From: Gemmatimonadales bacterium
Lineage (GTDB): Bacteria; Gemmatimonadota; Gemmatimonadetes; Gemmatimonadales; GWC2-71-9
Length of the DNA stretch: 64,000 bases
Reading direction: 5' to 3'
Assembly (NCBI GenBank): GCA_039794085.1
Contig: JBDIWC010000002.1
Span: 78,984-142,983, forward strand
Made by a program: the position numbers and the translations under genes. Below the pieces are notes generated by a model. It was not told the origin of the DNA and searched no databases. It was given only the letters and a program-made list of their open reading frames with translations. Positions 46,992 through 57,382 of the stretch are shown one piece after another. Position 1 is the first letter of the stretch, and each line of letters starts with the position of its first letter.

Positions 46992-49391
46992 TCATCCTCG
47001 CAGGTCCGCGATGGTGACCCCGGTTCCCCCCTGGGCGGGGGGCGCAAAGGCATAGTGCCCCACCCGGGGATCCGCCGCGAGCACCCGATGCACGCATTCC
47101 CGCACCACCCCGGTCCCCATGCCGTGGATGATCCGCAGGGCCGGAAGATCCGCCAGGACCGCCGCATCCAGCGCACTCCGGGTCGCGCTCTCGGCCTCGT
47201 CCCCCCGCATCCCGCGGAGATCAATCTCGGAGGCCGCGTCGGGCGCTTCGAACACCGAGGGGGTCGCGGCCACCCGGACCGGTTCCCGGCCAGGCAGGGG
47301 CACCACTTCCGCGGCGGAGAGAACCACCTTAAGAGCACCGGCCCGGATCACGAGTCGGCCATCCCGCCGGATCTCCAGCACTTCTCCCACCCCGCCGCGG
47401 GACATGCGCACGCGGGTTCCCACGAGGATCGGCCCACCCCGGTCCTCGGGTTCCGGCGCGATGGCCACGACCGCGTCGTCCGGATCCGTCCCGCCCTGGA
47501 TGGCGTCCTCCACCCGGCGGCGTGCCTCGCGGGCTCGGGCCTCGTCAACCCCTCCCCGTGCCAGTTCGAGCGCCTCTTCCACCGTCCCCCGGGCCTCGAG
47601 GAGAAAGCGGCGTGCCTTTTCCTTGCCTTCCCGTATCAGGGTGCGTTCCCTGTCCTCCACTTCCGATTCCCTCCGGCGCAGGGCGGCTTCGCGGCCGGCC
47701 TGGTCCCGAGCCACCGACTCGGCCCACTCCCGGTCCTCTTCCAGCCGCTTCCGGGCCTCCTCCAAGCCCTGCTCGCGCGCCTCGACGCGAGTCAGGAGCT
47801 CCTCCAATGCTCTTTCCGTCACGGGAACCCGGGCCTCCGCATCGGCCAGCACCGCCGAGGAGAGGCCCAGACGTCGCGCGATGGCGATCCCATACGATCG
47901 GCCGGGGAGTCCCTTCCGGAAGTGCCAGGTCGGGGAGAGGGTCTCGGTGTCGAACTCCAGGGATCCGTTGACGACTCCGGGAAGGTCGGTGGCCAGCGTC
48001 TTGAGGGCACCGAGGTGTGTGGTGGCCACGGTCCGCACCCCGCGGCACGTCAGTTCCGAGAGCATGGCGGCAGCGAGGGCCGCCCCCTCCACGGGGTCAG
48101 TTCCACTTCCGATCTCATCCACCAACACCAGGGAGTCCGGACCGGCCTCCTCCAGAATACGGCGCATGGTCGCCAGATGGGCGCTGAACGTACTGAGATT
48201 CGCCGCGATCGATTGATGGTCCCCGATGTCCGCGAACACCGCCCCACAGAGGGGAATCACGCTTCCCGGTCCCACCACCGGCACCAGACCCGCCTGATGC
48301 ATGAGGACGGTCAGCCCGATCGCCTTGATGAGCACGGTCTTGCCCCCGGTGTTCGGCCCGCTGATGACCAGGGTGTGCTCGGAAGGATCGAGCACCAGAT
48401 CGAACGGGACCACGGGTCGCCCCTCATCCAGCAGGAGCGGATGCCGTCCCTGGCGGATGATGCAGGGCCCGTTGGTCTCCCCGAGGAGCGGCACCGTGGC
48501 CCCGGCCCCATGGGCGTGGCGCGCCCGGGCAAAGAGGTCGTCGGCTCTGACGCACATTTCCAGGGCCTCGGCAATGCCCTGGCCCTGGGGGCGGAGCATC
48601 TCGCTGACCTCACGGAGGACGATCAGGAGTTCCCGCGCCTCGTCGGCGATCGCCGCGCGCAGGGCGTTGCCGAGAGGGATCACGGCCGACGGCTCGATGA
48701 ACAGGGTCCCGTGGGTGGCCGATTCGTCGTGGACCACCCCCGGTGGTCGGCTCCGGCTGTCCCGGCGCACCGGAATGACGTAGCGGCCCTCCCGAATCGT
48801 GATGGCCGCGTTTGGAACGGTGGCAGTGGGCCCCAGGCCTCTCAACACGGAGTCCAGCCGGGCCAGCAAAAGCTCCCGGGCCCTCCCGACCCCACGCCGC
48901 GCGGCCAGCAATCCCGCACTGGCATCATCCCGGATCTCTCCCGCCTCGTCGAGAACCTGGTCGAGGCGTTTGAGAATCAGGGGCGGCAGAGGGGGAGAGG
49001 CCAGGGCGGCCACCCGCGGAGCCCGTTCCGCCACCGACCGGAGACCCAGGTTCACTTCCCGCGCGGCGGTCACCCCGGCCCGGATTCGAGCCACGTCGGC
49101 CACGTCGAGCACGCTCCCCTCGATCCTTAACCGAGCGAGCACCGGAGCCAGATCCTCGACCGGGGGGATGTCGGGCGCCTCCCGCGCCTCCAGGAGGATC
49201 ATCGCCTCGGCCACGCGGGCCAACTCTTCGCGAACCATTCCAGGATCCCGGAGGGGACGCCGAGACAGCACCCGGGCGCGGCCCAGCGGTCCTGCCGCGT
49301 ATGTGGCCACCCGTTCCAGGACGTCCGAGAACTCCAGAGAGGTCTCGCTTCCTCCCGCCAGAAGGTCGGCCGGCTCGGTGTCTCTCCGCAT
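46992..49391 (-). CDS. mutS2: MutS2 with Smr domain
   Basis: ISGPNTGGKT, DIGDHQSI, DEIGSGTDP, IDLRGM, IIHGMGTG; start approximate. Confidence 0.94.
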   Translation of the reverse strand: MRRDTEPADLLAGGSETSLEFSDVLERVATYAAGPLGRARVLSRRPLRDPGMVREELARVAEAMILLEAREAPDIPPVEDLAPVLARLRIEGSVLDVADVARIRAGVTAAREVNLGLRSVAERAPRVAALASPPLPPLILKRLDQVLDEAGEIRDDASAGLLAARRGVGRARELLLARLDSVLRGLGPTATVPNAAITIREGRYVIPVRRDSRSRPPGVVHDESATHGTLFIEPSAVIPLGNALRAAIADEARELLIVLREVSEMLRPQGQGIAEALEMCVRADDLFARARHAHGAGATVPLLGETNGPCIIRQGRHPLLLDEGRPVVPFDLVLDPSEHTLVISGPNTGGKTVLIKAIGLTVLMHQAGLVPVVGPGSVIPLCGAVFADIGDHQSIAANLSTFSAHLATMRRILEEAGPDSLVLVDEIGSGTDPVEGAALAAAMLSELTCRGVRTVATTHLGALKTLATDLPGVVNGSLEFDTETLSPTWHFRKGLPGRSYGIAIARRLGLSSAVLADAEARVPVTERALEELLTRVEAREQGLEEARKRLEEDREWAESVARDQAGREAALRRRESEVEDRERTLIREGKEKARRFLLEARGTVEEALELARGGVDEARAREARRRVEDAIQGGTDPDDAVVAIAPEPEDRGGPILVGTRVRMSRGGVGEVLEIRRDGRLVIRAGALKVVLSAAEVVPLPGREPVRVAATPSVFEAPDAASEIDLRGMRGDEAESATRSALDAAVLADLPALRIIHGMGTGVVRECVHRVLAADPRVGHYAFAPPAQGGTGVTIADLRG

Positions 49392-49830
49392 GGGGCCTCG
49401 GTCACCTGTCCCTGAACTGGTGGCACAGGAGCCTGGAACCGGGGCTCTCCGGACCGACTGGTCGGAGACACCCGCCGAGCGCACATCTCGGCCGTGTTCC
49501 GCCGGAAATGACAAGCCATGTTTGAGGAGGACTCGGGGTCCCGGGCAGGGAGTGCCACGGCGAATCGAGCGGGTGCCTCCCGTCGAAATCAGCCACGGCC
49601 TCGGGAGGACAGGAGGGTGTTCCGGGGCGGGACACATTGGGATCGAGTCATCCGCCGGGGAGAAGCCGCGCCGCGCTGAGGTGTCCCCGCCCCGGGTTGG
49701 GCCCCGGCCACCTCGCGCGTGGTATGGCGATTGAGGATTTGCTCAAGGCGTCCGCCATGTGAGATGACGACGCCGGACAGACCAAGGGTCACTCCGTGCG
49801 ACCCCGGAAGGCAAGGCGATGCATTGTGGA

Positions 49831-49859
49831 AGATTATCGCCGTCGCGGCAGGTCGGCAA
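49831..49859 (-). promoter_or_regulatory. Putative promoter reading into the HIT-mutS2 intergenic region
   Basis: TTGCCG-N17-TAATCT just after the HIT stop codon. Confidence 0.45.
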
Positions 49860-49871
49860 CCCCGGCGCCCG

Positions 49872-50219
49872 TCACCCGGGAGGCCATGTCATGCGCCGCC
49901 CCCCGAGAAGATGGATGTGGAAGTGGGACACCGACTGGCCCCCATACTCTCCCACGTTCGTGACCATCCGGTATCCGTCGGCTTCCAAACCGAGATCCCG
50001 GGCCACTTCCGCGGCCAGCGCGACGGCCTGGGCCACCGCGGCCTTCCCCCGGGCCTCGATGGCCGTGGCCACGCTCGGGATATGAGTCGTGGGAATCACC
50101 AGGACGTGAACCGGAGCTTGAGGGTTGAGATCGTGGAATGCCACGGCGTCCGGCGTTCGCTTCACGACCTGCGCGGGGAGTGTTCCCTCCACGATCCTGC
50201 AGAAGATGCACTCACTCAT
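49872..50219 (-). CDS. HIT-family nucleotide hydrolase
   Basis: CIFCRI, PQAPVHVLVIP, HFHIHLLGG. Confidence 0.95.
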   Translation of the reverse strand: MSECIFCRIVEGTLPAQVVKRTPDAVAFHDLNPQAPVHVLVIPTTHIPSVATAIEARGKAAVAQAVALAAEVARDLGLEADGYRMVTNVGEYGGQSVSHFHIHLLGGRRMTWPPG

Positions 50220-50932
50220 GTCGTCACTCCTCCGCGCAGGGTGGAGATCAGGACGGCGCCGGCCACAGCGGCGGTTTCGAAGCGGAGCGTGTGTCCCCCG
50301 AACCGGACCGGCAGGGCACCCGTCCCGCACAGGAACGCGACCTCCTCACTCGTGAAGCCCCCTTCCGGTCCGACCAGAATCTCAACCGGCCCCCGAACCG
50401 AGGTCACGGTCACCGGGGTCCCGCCCGGATCCGCGAGCCATCGCACGCCGCTGTCGGCCGGAGCCAGATCCTCGACCCCGGTGAGGGGTTCGAGGACGGG
50501 GATCCACGGCGCCCCACACTGTTTTGCGGCTTCCCGGGCCCGCTGTTGAAGCGCCGGAAGATGATGGGTCTGGAGACGGGAGGCCACCGACCGGGTTCGG
50601 GTCGTCTCCAGAGGGGTGATGCGGCTCACTCCCAGTTCCGTGGCCTTTTCCACCAGCCAGGCGAAGCGGTCGCGATCCCCCGCGGCGACCCGGAGCACAA
50701 GAGGCAGCGGCGGGGCGCACCGGGTCACGGCCTCCTCCGCCCGAATACGAAACTCGCCGTTCTCCAGGTCGACACGGCCTCGCAGGATCGCCCCTTCCCC
50801 ATCAAGCAACTCGACCGGATCCCCGGGACGGGCCCGGCGCACGCGTAGATGATGAGCCTCCCGTTCCGGCAGCGGGATGAGGCGGTCCCCCCATTCGTCG
50901 AGCGAGCCGGGGTCCATCAGCAGCCGTATCAC
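50216..50932 (-). CDS. rsmE: 16S rRNA m3U1498 methyltransferase
   Basis: EKATELGV, EAAKQC, VGPEGGF, LRFETA. Confidence 0.93.
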   Translation of the reverse strand: MIRLLMDPGSLDEWGDRLIPLPEREAHHLRVRRARPGDPVELLDGEGAILRGRVDLENGEFRIRAEEAVTRCAPPLPLVLRVAAGDRDRFAWLVEKATELGVSRITPLETTRTRSVASRLQTHHLPALQQRAREAAKQCGAPWIPVLEPLTGVEDLAPADSGVRWLADPGGTPVTVTSVRGPVEILVGPEGGFTSEEVAFLCGTGALPVRFGGHTLRFETAAVAGAVLISTLRGGVTT

Positions 50933-51780
50933 CGGGGCCGAGCCGCGACTCCCCACCAGCCGGAATCCACCACCTGATCGGTCACGTCGAACGCCTGCTC
51001 CTGAAGTGCGAGGCGGAAGAGATCCGCCTCGTCCGCCTCCATCCCCGCGAAGACGGCGAGGCCGGACCGGGAGGGATCTTCATTTGCCAGCGCCGCGCGG
51101 ATGGAGGGCAACAATTCCGTGTTTGCGGTGCGCAGAATGTTGGAGAGCACCAGATCGACGGGACCGAGGAGGGGAGCAAGCAGTGCCGCGTCACCCTCGA
51201 CGAAGGCGACGCGATCCGTCACCCGGTTCCGGTCGGCGTTGCGCGTGGCCACGGGAATCGCGTCGGGATCGGTTTCGACACCGGTGGCCACCCGGGCGCC
51301 CAGGAGAGCCGCGGCGATGGTCAGGATTCCGCTTCCGCTCCCCAGGTCGAGCACGCGGTGCCCCGGCTCCAGGTGTCGGTCAAGAAGCACCAGGGCGGTC
51401 CGCGTGGAGCCGTGTTCCCCGGAGCCGAAGGCCATTTCCGGATCGATGATGAGCACCGGGCCGTCGGGCGCCGCGTCGGCGGCGGGATGCCAGGACGGGG
51501 TCACCAGGAGCCGGCCGATCTGGCGCGGCGCCAGGCCATCGCGCCATCGCACCGACCAGTCCACCGGGGGCTGCGGCATGGTGGACACGGTGCAGTCCGA
51601 CCCGAATGTGGCGGCGAGGTTCCGTTGCAGGGACTCCACGGCCTCGGCATCGGCGGCCCAGGACATCAGCCCGCCATCGGCCCGCTCCTCCACCCCCGCT
51701 CCCGTGTGCTGGACGAGCCACGGTCCGACTTCTCCGCGGCGGGCGTCCGGGCAGTGGACCTCCACGACCCAGCCGGTCAT
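50929..51780 (-). CDS. prmA: Ribosomal protein L11 methyltransferase
   Basis: [24 protein letters not shown]; dnaJ-prmA-rsmE order. Confidence 0.92.
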   Translation of the reverse strand: MTGWVVEVHCPDARRGEVGPWLVQHTGAGVEERADGGLMSWAADAEAVESLQRNLAATFGSDCTVSTMPQPPVDWSVRWRDGLAPRQIGRLLVTPSWHPAADAAPDGPVLIIDPEMAFGSGEHGSTRTALVLLDRHLEPGHRVLDLGSGSGILTIAAALLGARVATGVETDPDAIPVATRNADRNRVTDRVAFVEGDAALLAPLLGPVDLVLSNILRTANTELLPSIRAALANEDPSRSGLAVFAGMEADEADLFRLALQEQAFDVTDQVVDSGWWGVAARPR

Positions 51781-52916
51781 GCTCCCAACGCTTCCTTGAT
51801 CTTGCTCCACAGTCCTCCTGTGTCCCGCGGGGGATCGCCCTCGACCTCGGCCAGTCGCTCGAACGCTTCGCGCTGGCGTTCCGACAGGTTCTCCGGGGTC
51901 CAGAGGTGAACGTGGATGTTCAGATCTCCCTGGCCATTGCCGCCCAACCGGGGAAGACCCTTTCCCCTCAACCGCAGCACGGTACCGGACTGGGTCCCTG
52001 CGGGCACCGTCACCGCCTCATCTCCCCACGGCGTCGGCACGGTCACCCGGGTCCCGAGTGCAGCCTGGGAGAAGGAGACCGGAAGTTCGTAGACGAGGTC
52101 GTCACCGTGGCGCTCAAACCGGTCGTCCTCCTTCACCTCCATCATGACAACCAGATCACCGTTGGGTCCTCCCCGTGGACCGGCGGCCCCCCGCCCCCGG
52201 AGGGTGATGTAATGGTTGCTCGACACGCCGGGCGGAATCTCGACCGGCACCGTGCGTTCCCCCCGAATGCGTCCCTCTCCGCGACAGACCTCGCACGGCG
52301 TGAGGATCACGGTCCCCTCCCCCGCGCAGGTCGGACACGCCGTCACCGAGACAAACTGGCCGAACATGCTGCGGGCCGCCCGGCGCACCTCTCCCCTCCC
52401 TCCGCATGTGGTGCAGGCGGAGGGGCGGGATCCGCTGGCCGCCCCGGTCCCCGAGCAATGTTCGCAGGGCAGGAGGGTCTTCAACTTGACCGTGCGCTTG
52501 GCCCCGGTGGCCACTTCGGCCAGGGTGAGACGAACGGTGACCCGGATGTCCTGGCCCCGCCTGGCCTCCGTCTGAGCCTGTCCCGCCCCGCCGCCAAACA
52601 TCGACTCGAAGCCGAAGCCACCGCCAAAGTCCCGCATGAAGATGTTGAGCGCCTCGGAGAGATCCACGTGGCTGAAGCCCCCCGCCCCGCCGGCGGCCCC
52701 TCCGAGCCCCGCTTTCCCGTACCGGTCGTAGGCCGCCCGTTTCTGGGGATCGCGCAGGACCTCGTATGCCTCGGCCATCTCCTTGAACCGGGCCTCGGCA
52801 TCGGCCGACGGGTTCCGGTCGGGGTGGTACTGCATGGCCGCCTTGCGATAGGCCTTCTTGATGTCCTCAGCGGTGGCGTCCCGCGACACGCCAAGCAATT
52901 CGTAGTACTCGCTCAC
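51777..52916 (-). CDS. dnaJ: Chaperone DnaJ
   Basis: HPD motif, G/F-rich region, four CxxCxGxG repeats. Confidence 0.97.
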   Translation of the reverse strand: MSEYYELLGVSRDATAEDIKKAYRKAAMQYHPDRNPSADAEARFKEMAEAYEVLRDPQKRAAYDRYGKAGLGGAAGGAGGFSHVDLSEALNIFMRDFGGGFGFESMFGGGAGQAQTEARRGQDIRVTVRLTLAEVATGAKRTVKLKTLLPCEHCSGTGAASGSRPSACTTCGGRGEVRRAARSMFGQFVSVTACPTCAGEGTVILTPCEVCRGEGRIRGERTVPVEIPPGVSSNHYITLRGRGAAGPRGGPNGDLVVMMEVKEDDRFERHGDDLVYELPVSFSQAALGTRVTVPTPWGDEAVTVPAGTQSGTVLRLRGKGLPRLGGNGQGDLNIHVHLWTPENLSERQREAFERLAEVEGDPPRDTGGLWSKIKEALGA

Positions 52917-53948
52917 TCCAGCAATCCTTCCACGAGGCGGCTGGTGGTTTCCACCAGGCCGATGATCTTGTCATAGGGCATGCGGGTTGGACCCAGGACA
53001 CCGATGACGCCGGTCAGGTCCCCCACGCGATAGCTACTCGTCACCAACGTCAGACCGCTCAGCTCAGGAATCGGAATGTTCTCCCCCGATGGTGATGGTG
53101 AGTCCCCGGTCGGCCCGCTTCCCCAGAACCCGGGCCAGCACATCCCGCCGCTCCGTGAGGGTCAACAGGTCGCGGATGCGGTCCTGGGACGCGAACTCCG
53201 GCTGGTCCGCCAACAGGCGGGCGCTGCCGAGAACGAGATCCCCGTCGGGTGTCGCCAGATCGAAGATCTCCTCCCCCTCGGCCAGGAAGATGTTGAGCAG
53301 TTCGGTGCCCCCCCGGGGCGCGTGCGCGTCCCGCAGGCGGTCCGTCAAGGTGCTTCGAATCTCGGCGAGGGTGACACCCGCCAGCCGCTCATTGAGGATG
53401 GCCGCGACCCGGGCCACCGCGTCCCCTGCCACCGACGTGGGAACGGGGACGAAGATGGTCCGGACCAACCCGCTCCGGATGTGGAGCACCAGAAGGAGGC
53501 GATCCCCGGCGACCGGCACGAGATCGAGTCGCTCCAGAACCGCCTGGTCGAATCCGGGCGATGCCGCCACGCCCAGTTCGCGGGTGAGCACGCTCAGCAC
53601 CTGGGCGGCTCGGCGGAGGATGTCGCCGAACGCGCTGGGCTCGGCCCGCAACTCCCGGCGCAGGGCATCCTGCTCGGTCCGGGTGGGCGGGGTCGCCAGC
53701 ATGAGACCATCGACATAGACCCGGTAGGCCCGGTCGGTGGGAATCCGCCCACTGCTGGTGTGGGGATGGTAGAGATACCCCTTCCCTTCCAGGTCGCTCA
53801 TGGTGCTGCGCACCGAGGCCGGGGAGATGCCGAGACTGGACCGGCGGGCCACTTCCTGGCTCGCAGCCGGTTCCGCGGTCTCGATATAGGTCTGAATCGC
53901 CGTTTCGAGAATGCGGCGTTCCCTCTCGGTGAGCTGCTGGACGGACAT
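52913..53948 (-). pseudogene. hrcA: Heat-inducible repressor HrcA split by a 1-nt insertion (or an assembly error)
   Basis: N-part has PHTSSGRIPT; C-part (GVLGPTRMPY) is in another frame; removing one A at 53069-53070 restores ...GGEHSDPELSGLTLV... Confidence 0.85.
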
Positions 53949-53957
53949 CCCCTAAAC

Positions 53958-55139
53958 TTAGGGGACCCGGGGTGAACCTTCCATCCCCGGCCCCCCCCGG
54001 CTTGGGGTGGCCCCCTCGTGTCCCCCGTCCCACCCGGGGGCCGCCAGGAGGGCATCGAGCCGAAGCCAGCCCTGGACCGTCAACACCACCCGCCCCTCCA
54101 CAGCGCGGGCCCACCCCTCCCGAATCCAGAGACCCTGGAGCGCCGGTGGGACATCGGCCTCCGGGAGTCCGCGGGAGGTTCGAAGCCCGAGGTACCGATC
54201 CTCCAGAGTGACCTGCTCCAGCCTGAGGTGTTCCTCTCCCTCGATCACCGTCAGGCCTCGCACCACCTGGTGGCGCCACGCAGCCCAGTGACGGACATTC
54301 CAGCGGCGCAGCGCCCCGCCGCCGCTATGAGCCGAGGGGCCGAGACCGATGAAGGGCTCCCGGGCCCAATAGGCTGCGTTGTGCCGGGACTCCCTGCCGG
54401 GTGACGCTGCGTTGGACACCTCATAATGACTCCATCCCCGGTCCACGACCGCGGCGTGGGCATGACAGTATTCGTCCGCCGCCAGCCCCTCGTCGGTGCG
54501 CGAGACCTCTCCGCGTTGGACCCACTTGCCGAGGGGGGTGCCTGATTCCACCGTGAGGCCGTAAAAACTCAGGTGATCGGGCGCCAGGGACAGCGCCTGG
54601 TCCAGATCGGCGCCCCACGATCGGGGCGATGCCAGGGGGATGCCGAAGATAAGATCCAGGGAGAGGTTCTCGATCCCACCGGCTCGGAGGAGTTCCACCG
54701 CTCGCACGGCTTGTTCCGCGTCGTGGGTTCGATGCATCCACGCCAGCACCTCGGGATGGAAGGACTGCACTCCAAGCGAGACCCGATTGACTCCACCGGA
54801 CCGCCAGGAAGTCACGCGGTCCCTGGTCACATCCTCGGGATTCGCTTCGAGGGTGATCTCGGCCCCGGGTGCGATGTCCCGGTCCCGCGCAAACTGGTCA
54901 AGCATCGCGCCGACCGAGGCGGGATCGAGCCGCGAGGGGGTTCCGCCGCCGAAGTACACCGTGGTGATGGGATCGGCCCCGGCTTCGGTGTCCCAGAGCG
55001 GATCCTCCTGCCTCCGGGCCCACTCCAATCCGATCGCGTCGGCAAACTCCCGGGAGGGGACCTCGCGCCGCACCGCGATGGCAAAGTCACAGTAGCTGCA
55101 CCGGCGGGCACAGAAGGGGACATGTATGTAGACGTGCAT
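53958..55139 (-). CDS. hemW: Radical SAM heme chaperone HemW
   Basis: YIHVPFCARRCSYCDF, YFGGGTPS, EANP, HYEVSN, HNAAYW; lies upstream of hrcA. Confidence 0.9.
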   Translation of the reverse strand: MHVYIHVPFCARRCSYCDFAIAVRREVPSREFADAIGLEWARRQEDPLWDTEAGADPITTVYFGGGTPSRLDPASVGAMLDQFARDRDIAPGAEITLEANPEDVTRDRVTSWRSGGVNRVSLGVQSFHPEVLAWMHRTHDAEQAVRAVELLRAGGIENLSLDLIFGIPLASPRSWGADLDQALSLAPDHLSFYGLTVESGTPLGKWVQRGEVSRTDEGLAADEYCHAHAAVVDRGWSHYEVSNAASPGRESRHNAAYWAREPFIGLGPSAHSGGGALRRWNVRHWAAWRHQVVRGLTVIEGEEHLRLEQVTLEDRYLGLRTSRGLPEADVPPALQGLWIREGWARAVEGRVVLTVQGWLRLDALLAAPGWDGGHEGATPSRGGPGMEGSPRVP

Positions 55140-55194
55140 CAGCCGGGAAACATAGCTCGGGCCGGGCGGAAGGAGTCGCGCGTGACGGGGATCC

Positions 55195-56313
55195 TCACCC
55201 CGTGGCCCGGGCGTATCGCCCGCCCGGACGGGCGACCACATGTCCCTCGAGTTCGAGCATGGCGAGCCGGGCGAGGAGATCGGACATGGGGATCGCCAGG
55301 GACGTCGCCAGGTCGTCCGCCAGCTGGGGCAGAGTCGTGAGGACAGCGAACACTCGGGCGTCCTCGGGCGCGAGCATCGGGAGTGTGGGCTCTGGAGACG
55401 GGATCAGGGTCTGGGGGCCGCCCTTTCGCGCCAGGCCTCCCCTCCCCGGGTAGAAGGCGAGCAGGTCGTCCACCGAGAGCAGCGGTGTGGCTCCATCCCG
55501 CAGGAGGAGGTTCGTCCCCACGGAGGTCCGACTCGTGATGGGCCCCGGCAGAGCCATGACGTCGCGACCCTGAGCCAAGGCGGCATCGGCGGTGATGACC
55601 GCACCGGAGGTCAGGGCCGCTTCCACCACCACGGTGACCTGCGCCAGTCCGCTGATCAGCCGATTGCGACGGGGGAAGGTCCCCGCGTGTGGTCTTTCGC
55701 CGGGAGGGTGTTCGGTGAGGAGCAACCCCTCGGACCGCATCCGCTCGTAGAGCACCCGGTTCGCGGCGGGGTAGATGACGCCGAATCCATTTCCCAGCAC
55801 GCCGATCGTGGCCCCGCCGGCATCGAGCGCCACGGTGTGGGCCAGGGCATCGATGCCCCGTGCCATCCCACTCACCACGGCCACCCCCGCCTGGGCGGCT
55901 CCTCCCGCGACCAGCCGGCACGCCTCGCCGCCGTAGGCGCTATGGTCCCGTGACCCGACAACGGCCACGGCCGGGAGCCGGAGCAGTCCCAGATCTCCCA
56001 CGGCAAAGAGCAGCATCGGCGGCGAGGGGATGTCACGCAGGGGATGCGGAAACTCGTCATCCCCCGGGAACAGGGCCGATCCACCCTCGCGCTCCACGGC
56101 GGCCAGGACGCGTTTCCCGGCGTCGATGTCGGCTCGCCGGATCGCGCTGGCCAACGCGGTGGACACGCCTGGAATGGCCGTCAGAAAGGCCAACGGCGCC
56201 CGCAGGGCGCCGATCGGGGATTGCAAGGCGTCGAGAAGCACCTGAAACCGGGTGGGCCCGATCCCCGGCACGAGCGCGAGCGTCACCCAGGCGGCGCGTT
56301 CCTCATCGGTCAT
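55195..56313 (-). CDS. dprA: DNA processing protein DprA
   Basis: VAVVGSR, SGMARGID, FPRRNRLISGL, SGAVITA. Confidence 0.94.
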   Translation of the reverse strand: MTDEERAAWVTLALVPGIGPTRFQVLLDALQSPIGALRAPLAFLTAIPGVSTALASAIRRADIDAGKRVLAAVEREGGSALFPGDDEFPHPLRDIPSPPMLLFAVGDLGLLRLPAVAVVGSRDHSAYGGEACRLVAGGAAQAGVAVVSGMARGIDALAHTVALDAGGATIGVLGNGFGVIYPAANRVLYERMRSEGLLLTEHPPGERPHAGTFPRRNRLISGLAQVTVVVEAALTSGAVITADAALAQGRDVMALPGPITSRTSVGTNLLLRDGATPLLSVDDLLAFYPGRGGLARKGGPQTLIPSPEPTLPMLAPEDARVFAVLTTLPQLADDLATSLAIPMSDLLARLAMLELEGHVVARPGGRYARATG

Positions 56314-57382
56314 CTCCGCCGATCGGCAGATCGTCATCGTGGTCATCTTCCGTCCCATACTCGGTCTCCTCGTCCCCGGCGGGAGCCAACTCCTCGCGCC
56401 GCGCCTCTTCGACCAGGCTCCAGAGTGCCTCGGTCAGTTCAGGAACCCCCACCCCGCTGGCACTGGAAATCCGGTACACCCCCTCCGCCCGGGGGTCGGA
56501 GATCGCGGGCCCCGGATCGCCGTCCGGGAGAAGGTCACCCTTGGTGAGGACGACCACGTACCGCCGTTCGGCGAGGGTGGGGCTGTACCGGGCCACCTCG
56601 TCCCGGAGGAGCGCCAGGGCGGCCCGGGCATCAGGGGCATCGACGGGGACCAGGAACGCCAGCATTCGGGTCCGCTCCACATGCCTCAGAAATTCATGCC
56701 CCAGTCCTCTGCCGAGATGGGCTCCCTCGATGATCCCCGGAATGTCGGCCAACACGAACGACCGACTGCCGCTCAGCCCCACCACCCCCAGGTTCGGTTC
56801 GAGGGTCGTGAACGGATAGTCGGCGATCCTGGGCCGCGCGGCGGAGACCACCGACAGCAGGGTGCTCTTTCCGGCATTCGGCTCACCCACCAGCCCCACA
56901 TCGGCGATGAGTTTGAGGACCAGTTCGATCTCCCGGTCCTCGCCCTCCTGGCCCGGTTCCCACTCCCGGGGGGCCTGGTGCGTGGCGGTGGCAAACCGGG
57001 CATTACCCCGCCCGCCTCGTCCCCCTTTGGCCACCCGGATCCGGTCCCCGTCCCGGAGAATCTCCCCGATCAGTTCCCCGGTGGCGGCGTCCTGTATCAC
57101 CGTGCCGAGGGGCACCGGAAGAGACACATCGGCGGCTGACCGGCCGGTCTGCGTCTTTCCCTTTCCGTGCACCCCCCGCTCCGCCTTCCAGTGAGGCCGA
57201 TACCGATAGTCGAGCAGCGTCGCCAGGTTGGAGTCTCCGTGCACCCAGATGCTGCCTCCCTGACCCCCATCCCCCCCGTCGGGCCCTCCCTTGGGGTTGA
57301 ACTTGAACCGGGCAAACGAGGAGGCCCCGGACCCACCGGTTCCCGCCGTCACCCGGACGACGGCTCGATCAATGAAGCTCAT
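56303..57382 (-). CDS. obg: GTPase Obg
   Basis: GGPDGGDGG, GGRGNARF, GEPNAGKST, YPFTTL, DIPG. Confidence 0.96.
   Translation of the reverse strand: MSFIDRAVVRVTAGTGGSGASSFARFKFNPKGGPDGGDGGQGGSIWVHGDSNLATLLDYRYRPHWKAERGVHGKGKTQTGRSAADVSLPVPLGTVIQDAATGELIGEILRDGDRIRVAKGGRGGRGNARFATATHQAPREWEPGQEGEDREIELVLKLIADVGLVGEPNAGKSTLLSVVSAARPRIADYPFTTLEPNLGVVGLSGSRSFVLADIPGIIEGAHLGRGLGHEFLRHVERTRMLAFLVPVDAPDARAALALLRDEVARYSPTLAERRYVVVLTKGDLLPDGDPGPAISDPRAEGVYRISSASGVGVPELTEALWSLVEEARREELAPAGDEETEYGTEDDHDDDLPIGGDDR

Noticed and set aside
46988..47338. N-terminal extensions in the ORF track (dnaG, rsmA, rsmD, obg, MBL hydrolase, hldE-like)
   Set aside because: They overlap neighbouring genes and are low-complexity; downstream starts fit the family N-termini and stop/start overlaps.
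49575..49600. TTTCGACGGG resembling the tmRNA 5' end
   Set aside because: No matching acceptor stem, T-arm/CCA end or tag reading frame was found.
49795..49820. CCGGAAGG resembling SRP RNA domain IV
   Set aside because: It lacks the flanking CAGG...AGCAG consensus.
53949..55300. CIRCE element for hrcA/dnaJ
   Set aside because: No TTAGCACTC-N9-GAGTGCTAA match was seen by eye.
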